Source of the DNA: Bacteroidia bacterium
GTDB taxonomy: Bacteria; Bacteroidota; Bacteroidia; Bacteroidales; VadinHA17
Length of the DNA stretch: 25,898 bases
NCBI GenBank assembly: GCA_026391215.1
Contig: JAPLDX010000025.1
Location: 1 to 25,898, forward strand
Direction: 5' to 3'
The notes under the pieces were generated by a model. The model ran no database searches. It had not been told where the DNA came from and saw nothing but the letters and a program-made list of their open reading frames with translations. Shown one piece after another: positions 7,388 to 16,964 of this stretch. The position numbers and the translations under genes are program-made. Position 1 is the stretch's first letter. Each line of letters starts with the position of its first letter.

Positions 7388-10189
7388 ATGCCGGATAACA
7401 GTACAAAAAAGCTCTTTTTACTGGATGCTTATGCGTTAATTTTCAGAGCATATTATGCATTCATAAAGAATCCCAGGATCACTTCAAAGGGACTCAATAC
7501 CTCTGCTATATTCGGATTCCTTCTTGCACTTGAAGAAGTGCTTCAAAAGCAAAAGCCGACTCATATTGCTGTGGTTTTTGATACACCGGCGCCAACCTTC
7601 AGGCATGAAATGTTCAATGAGTATAAAGCAAACCGCGATGAGACACCCGAGGACATTAAGAAAGCAATTCCATATATCAAAAAGCTGATAGAAGCTTATA
7701 ATATACCTGTGATAGATTGCCCGGGATTTGAGGCTGATGACGTCATCGGAACCCTGGCAAGAAAAGCTTCGGAAAAGGGGTTTACCACCTTCATGATGAC
7801 CCCTGACAAGGATTTTGCACAGCTTGTTACTGATAATACCCTGATGTTTAAACCATCAAGAAGCGGCAATGAATCAGTTCAGTGGGGAGTTGAGGACATA
7901 AAAAGAGAATTCTCGATTCAACGGCCGGAACAATTTATTGATATTCTTGCCCTTATGGGCGACGCATCTGATAATATTCCGGGAGCCCCGGGCGTCGGAC
8001 CAAAAACAGCCGTGAAGCTGATATCAGAATACGGATCCGTTGAAGAGCTCTTTAAGAACACAGACAAGCTGAAAGGAAAGCTGAAGGAGATTATTGAGAA
8101 TAACCGGGAACAGATTGAAATGTCCAGGAAGCTGGCAACCATTGTGCTGGATGTTCCGGTAGTATTTGACGAAGAAAAGCTTAAAACTGAAATCCCTGAT
8201 TCACAAAAGCTTAAAACTCTTTTTGATGAGTTGGAATTCAAAACTGCCGGCACAAGGATTTTATCTGAAATTGAAAAGCTGGAAAAGCCTCAGGAAGAAA
8301 AACCAAAACCCCTGCCGGTTGATTCAGTTCAGGGTTCTCTTTTCTATGAGACTGGCGAAGTTGCTTCCATTACAACAAAATCTTCAATAGATAACGTTAG
8401 CCATAGCTATAAACTGATTGAGAACGAAGCTGAATTAGAAACAATTGTTCACCTGGCAGAAACACTTAAAGAGTTCTGTTTTGATACCGAGACCACCGGC
8501 ATAGATCCTCTTAACTCTGAAATTGTTGCACTCACATTGTCATGGGAAAAAGGCTCAGGATACCTTATTCATTTCCCGGGATCACAACAGGAAACAGCTA
8601 AGCTTCTTCAGATAATCAAACCGCTTCTGGAAAATCCAGTCATACTCAAAATCGGACAGAATATTAAATTCGATATACAGGTTCTGACCAATTATGGAAT
8701 TGAGGTCAGCGGACCCTTCTTCGACACAATGATAGCACACTACCTGCTGGAACCGGATATGAGGCACAATATGAATCTGATGTCAGAAGTCTATCTCTCT
8801 TACACTCCGGTCCACATTGAATCTCTTATCGGCGATAAAGGAAAAAACCAGAAAAACATGCGGTCAGTGCCTGTTGAACAGCTGACAGAATATGCCGTGG
8901 AAGATGCGGATGTGACTTTTCAGCTGAAGAATGTTTTCGAACCTAAATTAAAGGAAGAGGGTTTATCCGTGCTGGCTTCAGACATTGAAATGCCCCTGAT
9001 AAAAGTACTTGCAACCATGGAAAGGAACGGAGTCATTCTTGACAGGGACGAGTTGAAAGTAATTACAGGCAGCCTGAGGCAGGATATTTTAAATCTTGAA
9101 AAAGAAATCTATGCTCTTGCCGGAACGGAATTCAATATTTCATCTCCGAAACAACTTGGTGACATACTGTTTGTCAGGCTGAAACTGGATGATAACGCAA
9201 GGGTCACAAGGACAAAACAGTTCAATACCAGTGAAGAGATCTTACAGCGGCTGAAACATAAGCACCCCGTCATTGAAAAGGTGCTGGAATACAGGGGTTT
9301 AAGGAAATTATTATCAACTTATGTTGAAGCGCTTCCACTGCTGGTTGATAATAAAACCGGAAGGATACATACATCATTTAACCAGGCTGTCGCAGCTACC
9401 GGCCGGCTAAGCTCAAATAATCCGAATCTGCAGAACATTCCAATTAGGGAAGAGAGAGGGCGGGAGATCAGGAAAGCTTTTATTCCGGAAGAAGGATACG
9501 TTTTCTTTTCGGCAGATTATTCCCAGATTGAACTGAGGCTCATGGCTCACCTGAGCAAGGATAAAAGCATGATCTCTGATTTTCTTTCGGGCAATGATAT
9601 CCATGCAGCAACTGCCTCAAAGATTTTTGGCGTTGAAATTAAAGATGTTACACGGGAGATGAGGAGCAGGGCAAAAACTGCCAATTTCGGGATCATATAC
9701 GGCATCTCATCATTTGGTCTTTCAGAACGGCTGACAATAGGCAGGAAAGAAGCAAAAGAGCTTATCGACGGGTATTTTGTATCTTATCCCGGCGTTAAAG
9801 TTTATATGGATGAAAGCATCCGAAAAGCAAGGGCAAAAGGATATGTTACAACCATGTTTGGCAGGAGGAGATATCTTCGTGATATCAATTCACGAAACCA
9901 GGTTGTAAGGGGCAATGCTGAAAGAAATGCTATAAATGCACCAATTCAGGGATCTGCTGCAGATATAATAAAAATAGCCATGGTCAGGATACATGAAAAG
10001 CTGAAGGCCGGGAAATACCGGACGAAAATGATCCTGCAGGTTCATGATGAACTTATTTTTGAAGTGTATAATCCTGAACTTGAGGAAATTAAGAACATAG
10101 TACTGGATGAAATGTCGAATGCCGCAAAGCTGGAGGTACATCTTAAAGTTGACTGGGGAACAGGGAAAAACTGGCTGGAAACGCACTAA
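7388..10189 (+). CDS. polA: DNA polymerase I with 5' nuclease, 3'-5' exonuclease and polymerase domains
   Basis: FEADDVIGTL, GDASDNIPG; exo motifs DTETT, NIKFD, YAVED; TGRLSSNNPNLQNIP, DYSQIELR, KTANFGIIYG, QVHDEL. Confidence 0.98.
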   Translation: MPDNSTKKLFLLDAYALIFRAYYAFIKNPRITSKGLNTSAIFGFLLALEEVLQKQKPTHIAVVFDTPAPTFRHEMFNEYKANRDETPEDIKKAIPYIKKLIEAYNIPVIDCPGFEADDVIGTLARKASEKGFTTFMMTPDKDFAQLVTDNTLMFKPSRSGNESVQWGVEDIKREFSIQRPEQFIDILALMGDASDNIPGAPGVGPKTAVKLISEYGSVEELFKNTDKLKGKLKEIIENNREQIEMSRKLATIVLDVPVVFDEEKLKTEIPDSQKLKTLFDELEFKTAGTRILSEIEKLEKPQEEKPKPLPVDSVQGSLFYETGEVASITTKSSIDNVSHSYKLIENEAELETIVHLAETLKEFCFDTETTGIDPLNSEIVALTLSWEKGSGYLIHFPGSQQETAKLLQIIKPLLENPVILKIGQNIKFDIQVLTNYGIEVSGPFFDTMIAHYLLEPDMRHNMNLMSEVYLSYTPVHIESLIGDKGKNQKNMRSVPVEQLTEYAVEDADVTFQLKNVFEPKLKEEGLSVLASDIEMPLIKVLATMERNGVILDRDELKVITGSLRQDILNLEKEIYALAGTEFNISSPKQLGDILFVRLKLDDNARVTRTKQFNTSEEILQRLKHKHPVIEKVLEYRGLRKLLSTYVEALPLLVDNKTGRIHTSFNQAVAATGRLSSNNPNLQNIPIREERGREIRKAFIPEEGYVFFSADYSQIELRLMAHLSKDKSMISDFLSGNDIHAATASKIFGVEIKDVTREMRSRAKTANFGIIYGISSFGLSERLTIGRKEAKELIDGYFVSYPGVKVYMDESIRKARAKGYVTTMFGRRRYLRDINSRNQVVRGNAERNAINAPIQGSAADIIKIAMVRIHEKLKAGKYRTKMILQVHDELIFEVYNPELEEIKNIVLDEMSNAAKLEVHLKVDWGTGKNWLETH

Positions 10190-10227
10190 ACGGTTCAATG
10201 GTGCAACGGCGCAACAGTGCAATGGCA
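10188..10227. repeat. Degenerate 8-bp tandem repeat, about 5 units (consensus CAAYRGYG)
   Basis: AAACGGTT-CAATGGTG-CAACGGCG-CAACAGTG-CAATGGCA between the convergent polA and S41 stops. Confidence 0.65.
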
Positions 10228-10244
10228 GTATAAAAGTCCTGACA

Positions 10245-11951
10245 TCACAGATTTTTACTGTCGGCATCCTGGCTGGTAATCAGGACGGATCCGGATTTGC
10301 CGCTTAATATGGATGTATATTTTTCCTTATTATTCAATGTTTCAAGAGCCTTGATTACCTGCTCATCGCTTTTTATTCCCCAGGCAATAGCTCCCTCCTC
10401 ATAAAAATAACGACTGATAATTTCCTCTTCAATAAGATCTGTTATTTCATCACGGAACATTGTAAGATCATGATCGAGGTTATGTACAATATCCTTTTCA
10501 AGCTCTGTGAAAAGATCTTTATGAAGATCATAATATTTTTCTTTTTTTGCATTTTCAATCAGATCGGCCAGAGAGGCTTCGGTAAAAGTTCTGTAATTGA
10601 ATTTGCGGTTAACAAGGAAGTTACTGAAATCGGTATAATCTGTATCTGTAAAGCTAAACTGGGAGATAGTACTGATGTCGGGGTGAGCCCAGTAATATTT
10701 CGAAGCAAAATCAAAAATATAGTTTCTCAGGTAAAGTTCTGTTGCGACCTGACTTAATGGTTCAGGAGTAATTTCAATATCAGGTGTTATTCCTCCGCCA
10801 TCCCTTACGGTTCTTCCGTTTTTTGTCTTAAATTCCGATATCAGCGAATCGGGAATAATACCGACGCTTCCATCCTCATTGGGATGTGAGAAATCAAGAG
10901 CCTGGATACATCTTCCGCTTGGGATATAATATTTTGCAGTAGTAACTTTCAGCTGTGTATTATAGCTCAGGGGCCTGGTTATCTGAACGAGCCCTTTTCC
11001 GTATGATCGCTGGCCAACGATTATTCCCCTGTCAAGATCCTGAATGGCACCGGCAACTATTTCAGCTGCCGAAGCTGATCCCCTGTTTATCAGCACCGCT
11101 ATTGGTATTTTTTCATCAATTGCCGCTTTTGTAGTCTTGAAATCCTCATCAAAATTCTTCCCCTTGCCCTTTGTGGAAACCACTTCCTTGCCCGGGCCCA
11201 CAAAAAGATTTACAATTCCGACAGCTTCGGTAAGCAATCCCCCGGGATTCCCTCTCAGGTCAAGGATAATTTGCTGAGGATTATTATTCTTCAGAGTGAC
11301 AAGGGCGTTTTTGACCTCTTCAACACAATCCTGGGTGAAAGTAGTAAAGCGGATATAACCTGTCTTCTGATCGATCATTCCGAAGTAGGGAACCGGAGAG
11401 ATTTTTATTTTTTCCCTTTTCATCAGGTAGTCTGATTCCGTTCCGTTTCTTTCAATCGTAACAGTAATATCTGTACCAGGATTTCCTTTCAGCTTCTCGC
11501 TCACATTATCTGTAGAGAGCCCTTTAAGCTGTATACCATCGACCTTTTTAAGGACATCTCCTGCCTTTATTCCTGCTTTGTCAGCCGGGAACCCTTTATA
11601 TACCTCGCTGACCACGACATAATCACCGCCGCCTCTTACAAGCGATCCTATTCCTCCATACTTCCCGGTTGTCATGAATGTAAATTCATCAGCATCCGAT
11701 TCCGTGTAGTAAACAGTATATGGATCCAGTGTTTTAAGCATATTGTCAATTCCCGCCTTGATCACTTTATCAGGATTGATCTCATCAACATAAAAGGCAT
11801 TCAGCTCCCTGAAAAGAGAAAAAAAGATATCAAGGTTTTTAGCGATTCTGAAGTCACGTGATTCCTGAAATACCAGGAATCCTGTACTCAGACCCGCAAA
11901 AATCAATAAACTGAATACGATAATTAATCTGGTCCGTCTGACTTTTTTCAT
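10245..11951 (-). CDS. S41 family carboxyl-terminal processing protease (CtpA/Prc-like)
   Basis: N-terminal hydrophobic anchor, LDPYT, PDZ domain (YGGIG...PADKAGIKAGD), DLRGNPGGLL, SASAAEIVAGAIQD (Ser), SYGKGLVQ (Lys). Confidence 0.93.
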   Translation of the reverse strand: MKKVRRTRLIIVFSLLIFAGLSTGFLVFQESRDFRIAKNLDIFFSLFRELNAFYVDEINPDKVIKAGIDNMLKTLDPYTVYYTESDADEFTFMTTGKYGGIGSLVRGGGDYVVVSEVYKGFPADKAGIKAGDVLKKVDGIQLKGLSTDNVSEKLKGNPGTDITVTIERNGTESDYLMKREKIKISPVPYFGMIDQKTGYIRFTTFTQDCVEEVKNALVTLKNNNPQQIILDLRGNPGGLLTEAVGIVNLFVGPGKEVVSTKGKGKNFDEDFKTTKAAIDEKIPIAVLINRGSASAAEIVAGAIQDLDRGIIVGQRSYGKGLVQITRPLSYNTQLKVTTAKYYIPSGRCIQALDFSHPNEDGSVGIIPDSLISEFKTKNGRTVRDGGGITPDIEITPEPLSQVATELYLRNYIFDFASKYYWAHPDISTISQFSFTDTDYTDFSNFLVNRKFNYRTFTEASLADLIENAKKEKYYDLHKDLFTELEKDIVHNLDHDLTMFRDEITDLIEEEIISRYFYEEGAIAWGIKSDEQVIKALETLNNKEKYTSILSGKSGSVLITSQDADSKNL

Positions 11952-11953
11952 AT

Positions 11954-12346
11954 TTATTTTTTAATAGAATCAATTAACCGATCAATCATTTCTTTCACTG
12001 AGATTTCAATTTCCCTGAAATCCATGACAGAATCTTCTTTGTATATAACAATAAAGACAATCTTAATGTTTTCACTGCAGAGGAAATCATAGAGTATATA
12101 TTTGTTCCTGCGGTACGCTTCTCTCATCCTGCGTTTAATCAGGTTTCTCGTCACAGCGAGACGAAAGCTTTTTTTAGTAACGCTGAATGCAACTTGTGAA
12201 GGGGATGAAATAGGGACAGGGCTTTTGCTCCATACAATTTTAAAAAGTTTCGAATAAAAAACGTTACCGCTATCGAACAGAAACGTAATTATTTTACGGC
12301 TGCAGAGTCTCTCGGATTTATGAAATGTTTCTCTCCCGGTATTCAT
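11954..12346 (-). CDS. rnpA: Ribonuclease P protein component
   Basis: FHKSERL, FSVTKK, RNR-type motif AVTRNLIKRRMREAYRRNK. Confidence 0.92.
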   Translation of the reverse strand: MNTGRETFHKSERLCSRKIITFLFDSGNVFYSKLFKIVWSKSPVPISSPSQVAFSVTKKSFRLAVTRNLIKRRMREAYRRNKYILYDFLCSENIKIVFIVIYKEDSVMDFREIEISVKEMIDRLIDSIKK

Positions 12347-12421
12347 AATAAAAGGCGCCTCTGCTGACAGGGTCCATGTTATTTCACTGGGCTTCAGGCG
12401 GGTGATTATGTTGAAATGATC

Positions 12422-13180
12422 TTACTTCTGATGATTCCTGTTGTACTCTTTAAGGAAATTATCAAGAGCCATTGTCATGGATGGAGCTTTTGGATTCGGA
12501 GCATTGATATCAAGCCTCAGCCCTTCATGTTCAACAGCACAGGCAGTTGTAGGTCCAAATGCTGCAATTTTTATCTCTCCCTGGACAAAATCAGGGAAAT
12601 TCTCTTTAAGTGACTTAATTCCCGAAGGACTATAAAATACAATAATATCGTAATCAAAATCTTTTAAATTGGCAAAATGGCTGCTGATTGTTTTATAAAG
12701 GATTCCGATAGTATATGTAATATTGTTTTTATCCAGCAGGTCAGGAATCTCTGCATTATGCGGATCAGAAAGGGGAACAAAGAAATTGTCCTCTCTGTGT
12801 TTAACGATGATATCAATGAGATCCTGGAATTTTGCCTTTCCGTGAAAGATCTTCCGTTTTCTGTAAACAATATATTTCTGCAGGTAAAATGCAACATTCT
12901 CGGTGATGCAGAAATATTTCATTGTATCAGGCACTACGATCCTCAATTCATTGCAGATCCTGAAGAAATGATCAATGCCGGTTTTACTTGTGAAGATCAC
13001 GGCAGTGAAGTCAAGAATATTGATCTTTTGCTGCCTGAAATCTTTTATCGGGATACCCTCAACCTGAATAAAAGGTTTAAATTCTATTTTAAGGTTGTAT
13101 TTCTTTGCCAGGTCAAAGTATGGTGATTTTACCTCCGACGGTTCTGGCTGCGACACTAAAATCTTCCTTATTTTCAACAC
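12422..13180 (-). CDS. hemD: Uroporphyrinogen-III synthase-like protein (Bacteroidota type)
   Basis: ILVSQPEP, FKPFIQVEG, AVIFTSKTGIDHFF, YLQKYIVYRKRKIF, FYSPSGIKSL, AAFGPTT; GTG/TTG start. Confidence 0.85.
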   Translation of the reverse strand: MLKIRKILVSQPEPSEVKSPYFDLAKKYNLKIEFKPFIQVEGIPIKDFRQQKINILDFTAVIFTSKTGIDHFFRICNELRIVVPDTMKYFCITENVAFYLQKYIVYRKRKIFHGKAKFQDLIDIIVKHREDNFFVPLSDPHNAEIPDLLDKNNITYTIGILYKTISSHFANLKDFDYDIIVFYSPSGIKSLKENFPDFVQGEIKIAAFGPTTACAVEHEGLRLDINAPNPKAPSMTMALDNFLKEYNRNHQK

Positions 13181-13221
13181 CTTACAGTTTTAGTTTTACT
13201 TTCCAGTGATCACTCAATGTT

Positions 13222-14127
13222 CTAAAACAGGCCTGTTACATATTTCATTATAATCAAAACAGGCAAAAATTCCAGCGCACAAAGGTATAAAATCAAATAT
13301 AATATTGAAATATTCTTTCTTATAAATATCATGAAGACCCTAATAATGCATATCAGGTACACGACACCAATCATGATCAATCCGGCAAGAAAAAGTGATT
13401 GTGCATTAAAGATATGGGTATATGATACCATCACAGCAAGGATGAATAAAATAAAAGCCAGGTACCTGTATGAAAGGTATATTGTTATTATATATTCGTT
13501 GAATGCATTTGTTTCACCGCTGATATTTCCGGTCACATTACACATCAGATGCCGAATTGTGACGACAACAATTATTATTACAAAGCAAATGATCCAGAAG
13601 ATGACACCGGGAATCATTTCAGGTATGAATTCGTAATAATCAGCAGCACAGTATGTAAATAATGCTATACTGAGAAATGAAACAAGGTTGATAATTGTTG
13701 ACTGCCAGTGAAACAGACCCTGCATATCGCGGGAAGCAGGATCTCCGATACCACGGAAGAGAAAGAACCTTTTCATGTCATTGAAGAACCTTTTTGATAT
13801 GACACTGATCAGGGAATAAAGGAATATTGAAACCATTACTGCAAATATGAACCAGTCATTATTTAAAGGCTGTGCAGGGATCTCATTACCGTTTCTGAGT
13901 TTTTTCATCAGAAATTCTTTTTCCCTTGCTTCACGAATTGAATTTTTTTCAATAAAAATGAAAGGGAACTTGTTCGAATTAAGTGGTTCGATGGTGAATA
14001 TAAAGCTGGCGGAATCGTGGAAAGTAATATCTGAAATGCTGTTCCTTGTGCAAAAAGAGGCGGTATCAGGAATATGACTGATTGAATCCTGCAGAATAAT
14101 ATTTTGCCCCTGTTCAGAAGTGGTCAT
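13222..14127 (-). CDS. DUF4271-type membrane protein (start revised to ATG 14127)
   Basis: Multi-TM protein ending YLILYLCALEFLP, as in DUF4271; lies directly upstream of hemD; the revised start overlaps the deoC end by 14 bp instead of 155 bp. Confidence 0.78.
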   Translation of the reverse strand: MTTSEQGQNIILQDSISHIPDTASFCTRNSISDITFHDSASFIFTIEPLNSNKFPFIFIEKNSIREAREKEFLMKKLRNGNEIPAQPLNNDWFIFAVMVSIFLYSLISVISKRFFNDMKRFFLFRGIGDPASRDMQGLFHWQSTIINLVSFLSIALFTYCAADYYEFIPEMIPGVIFWIICFVIIIVVVTIRHLMCNVTGNISGETNAFNEYIITIYLSYRYLAFILFILAVMVSYTHIFNAQSLFLAGLIMIGVVYLICIIRVFMIFIRKNISILYLILYLCALEFLPVLIIMKYVTGLF

Positions 14128-14986
14128 GTCGCTCACCGGCAATTTCAGACAGAATGTTATTTGCCAGTCGGCTTGCCCCAATCCTGAATAAAGAATTATT
14201 GAGCCATTCTTCACCAAGGCAATGACCGACAATATGATAATAAAACAATGAGTCGGCGGCAGAAGCAATACCTCCTGCGGGCTTGAATCCGACCTTTATT
14301 CCTGTTTCGGAATAGAAATCCGAGATTGCATGGCACATGACATAAGCTGTTTCGGGTGTTGCCGAAATATTTATTTTTCCTGTGGATGTCTTTACAAAAT
14401 CAGCCCCGGCATCCATAGCGATCAATGATGCCCTGAAAATTTGCTCATAATCACCGAGCAGCCCGGATTCAATAATAACCTTTAAGTGTTTATCACCTAT
14501 GGATGTCTTTATTTCACGGATCTCATCAGCAACAGTTTCATAATCATTTCCAAGGAAATTCCCCACAGGCATTACAATGTCAATTTCATCAGCCCCGGCT
14601 TCTACAGCCATTTTGCACTCCGCAATCTTTATGCTCCTGAACGTCTGTGATGTTGGAAATGAACCAGCGACAGATGCTATTTTTACATTCTTGGCAGACA
14701 ATTTTTCCTTTACCACAGATACAAAATTGGGATAAACACAGATCGCAGCGACATTCGGGATATTGGAAAACCTGCCCTGAAAACTATTTACTTTTCCGGT
14801 AAGATTTATGATACTGCTTTTTGTGTCTGTTGTATTGAGACTGGTCAGGTCAATCATGTTAAGGATTTTCATCAGCAGACGCTTTTCAGGCACTGCAGGA
14901 ATAGATTCAATGATTTCTTTAAGACCCTTTTTTATTTCGTTGTCTGAAGGACACGATTTAATAGGTTTTTGATATAACTTTGTCAT
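14114..14986 (-). CDS. deoC: Deoxyribose-phosphate aldolase
   Basis: IDLTSL, AAICVYP, GADEIDIV, LKVIIESG, FVKTSTGK (Schiff-base Lys), GFKPAGGI, FRIGASRL. Confidence 0.95.
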   Translation of the reverse strand: MTKLYQKPIKSCPSDNEIKKGLKEIIESIPAVPEKRLLMKILNMIDLTSLNTTDTKSSIINLTGKVNSFQGRFSNIPNVAAICVYPNFVSVVKEKLSAKNVKIASVAGSFPTSQTFRSIKIAECKMAVEAGADEIDIVMPVGNFLGNDYETVADEIREIKTSIGDKHLKVIIESGLLGDYEQIFRASLIAMDAGADFVKTSTGKINISATPETAYVMCHAISDFYSETGIKVGFKPAGGIASAADSLFYYHIVGHCLGEEWLNNSLFRIGASRLANNILSEIAGERHDHF

Positions 14987-15272
14987 AACAATCAGGTTAA
15001 AATAATATGCAAATCAAGAGAAAAAAGGACGGGATTAATATAATGCTTTTTGTTTTCATAATACTTTTTTAACTGCTTTTTCAATATCTATTATTTTTCA
15101 GGATACATCGTTGATTCATTTATCAGCGTTTATAGCCAGATCAAAAAAAAGCAAACAGTATATTATAAGCTGCATCATGCAAAACAAAAGCTGAAAACCA
15201 TAAAATAACAAGAAAAAGCTCTAAAAAAGTTTAGAAATTGAATTTCAGATAATTAATAAAATTTATTCTATC

Positions 15273-16964
15273 ATGGAAAATTTTAGATTAAAATCTGGTT
15301 CTCTATTGCTTATGATTATTGGATTCGGGACCTGTCTGCTTTCAGATGTGTCTCAGGACAACCGCATCATCCCTTCCGGGTGTACGGTATTTACCATTTC
15401 TAAAGGAGAAAGTGTCTTTTTTGGCGGCAACGATGATTATATAAACCCGGATTCTTATTATTGGGTCGATCCGGGTGATTCCACCAAATACGGAGTGATC
15501 TGGATTGGTACACCAGACAATGTCCAGCAGGGAGTAAATGAGAAAGGACTGGCGTATGATGCCAATGGCCTTCCCCGGGTCGATATAAATCCTCATACGG
15601 AGCGAATACCGGTTTCCGGAGACTATAGCATTTATCCAATACTGATAATGCATGAATGTTCCACAGTTGAGGAGGTCATTTCCTGGATCAATAACCATCA
15701 GTGGCATTCCTATATGCACGACCAGATGCAGTTTGCCGATTCAACCGGCGATGCAGTGATCATCAGCGCAGGGAAAGACGGGGAGGTAGTTTTCACCAGG
15801 AAGCCATCCGGTGACGGATTCATTGTTTCTACTAATTTCAATGTGGCTAACCCTGTCAATGGTTATGGCTATCCTGACTGGCGTTATGATAAAGCTCAGG
15901 AATTATTGGGGCAATTAATGAACACCAATGAACAGCTTACTGCAAAGGATGCCACTAATGTCCTGGAAGCTGTTCATATGGAAGCAACGACCAGCTGGAC
16001 AATTGAATCGCTGACAGCTGATCTGACTAACGGTGTGGTGTATCTTTATTATTACTATCAGTACGACCACCCGGTTATTTTAAATATAAAAGAGGAATTA
16101 TCAAATCCCCGGGAGGCCGGACCTCTCAGCAAACTTTTTCCGGCTGATGTTCAGAAAGAAGCCAGCCGGCGATACCACCAGGCTCAGGAAAGAGCAAGAT
16201 CATGCAGGGTTGTTGGAATGACATGGACGGGTATAATATTGGTCAGTTTGTTATTATTATTCTCGATTCATAATAATGACAAGAGAGGATTGAAATTCTG
16301 GATACCAGCCGTAATTATTCTCGGTCCACTTGCATTAATAATCAGAATGATACTGGGGCAGAAACGTAAATCAGCTTATTGGAAAACCGCCCTGGTAGAA
16401 GCAACAGGCAACCTGGTACCTGTCGTGGCAACTTATATTGTTGCGCTGGTAATCATTATCCTGATGATGATGTCCGGCGGTGCCAGCGGATTTTTGAAGG
16501 TTATCCTGGAATTCGGCTTTCCTTTAGTTATGGGATGGCTGGTTTTTCACGGGCCGCTGCTGGCTCCCTTAAGTCAAAAGAATTTCGTGCATTTTTTGTT
16601 CCGGCGTCTGCCGCAGGTACTGGTTGTGACTAATCTTGGTTTAGCCGGGATCAATGCAATTGCTATGCCACTTATAAATCAAAATCTTAAAATATGCCCG
16701 ATCATGCCATTAAGTGTCTGGGCTGTAATGACCTGGCTGGCAATCACAGTTCTGGGTGGCCTGGCAGGCGGATTTTTAATATTTCTCTATGAACGCTGGG
16801 CAGTAAGACACAATTTTCAGGCCTGGTCTGTTCTTATCGGAAATGAAGGTCAGGTTAACTCACCCTCCTGGCGCGCACTCTGGTGGTGGATCCTTCTTAG
16901 CTTTGTGGTACTGTTTATTGGTTTTGTTGCAGGAGTTATGATACCGCAAATACTTGCAGGCTAG
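15273..16964 (+). CDS. Cys-type Ntn-hydrolase (linear amide C-N hydrolase/C45-like) fused to a C-terminal polytopic membrane domain
   Basis: Hydrophobic leader then G-CTVFTIS...FFGGNDD, QGVNEKGL, CSTVEEV, FADSTGDAVII, STNFN; C-terminal ~250 aa has about 6-7 hydrophobic segments. Confidence 0.7.
   Translation: MENFRLKSGSLLLMIIGFGTCLLSDVSQDNRIIPSGCTVFTISKGESVFFGGNDDYINPDSYYWVDPGDSTKYGVIWIGTPDNVQQGVNEKGLAYDANGLPRVDINPHTERIPVSGDYSIYPILIMHECSTVEEVISWINNHQWHSYMHDQMQFADSTGDAVIISAGKDGEVVFTRKPSGDGFIVSTNFNVANPVNGYGYPDWRYDKAQELLGQLMNTNEQLTAKDATNVLEAVHMEATTSWTIESLTADLTNGVVYLYYYYQYDHPVILNIKEELSNPREAGPLSKLFPADVQKEASRRYHQAQERARSCRVVGMTWTGIILVSLLLLFSIHNNDKRGLKFWIPAVIILGPLALIIRMILGQKRKSAYWKTALVEATGNLVPVVATYIVALVIIILMMMSGGASGFLKVILEFGFPLVMGWLVFHGPLLAPLSQKNFVHFLFRRLPQVLVVTNLGLAGINAIAMPLINQNLKICPIMPLSVWAVMTWLAITVLGGLAGGFLIFLYERWAVRHNFQAWSVLIGNEGQVNSPSWRALWWWILLSFVVLFIGFVAGVMIPQILAG

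Noticed and set aside
6928-10189. queD-polA as a 7-deazaguanine DNA-modification system
   Set aside because: No dpdA, queC, queE or folE is nearby, and PolA is a canonical cellular enzyme; the adjacency is most simply housekeeping.
12347-12421. Possible hairpin or fourth repeat copy between hemD and rnpA (minus strand CCCGCCTGAAGC...AGGCG)
   Set aside because: Only about 5 bp of pairing and a partial CCTGAAG match; too weak to call.
14128-14268. N-terminal extension of the DUF4271 ORF
   Set aside because: It would overlap deoC by 155 bp; ATG 14127 gives a normal coupled junction.
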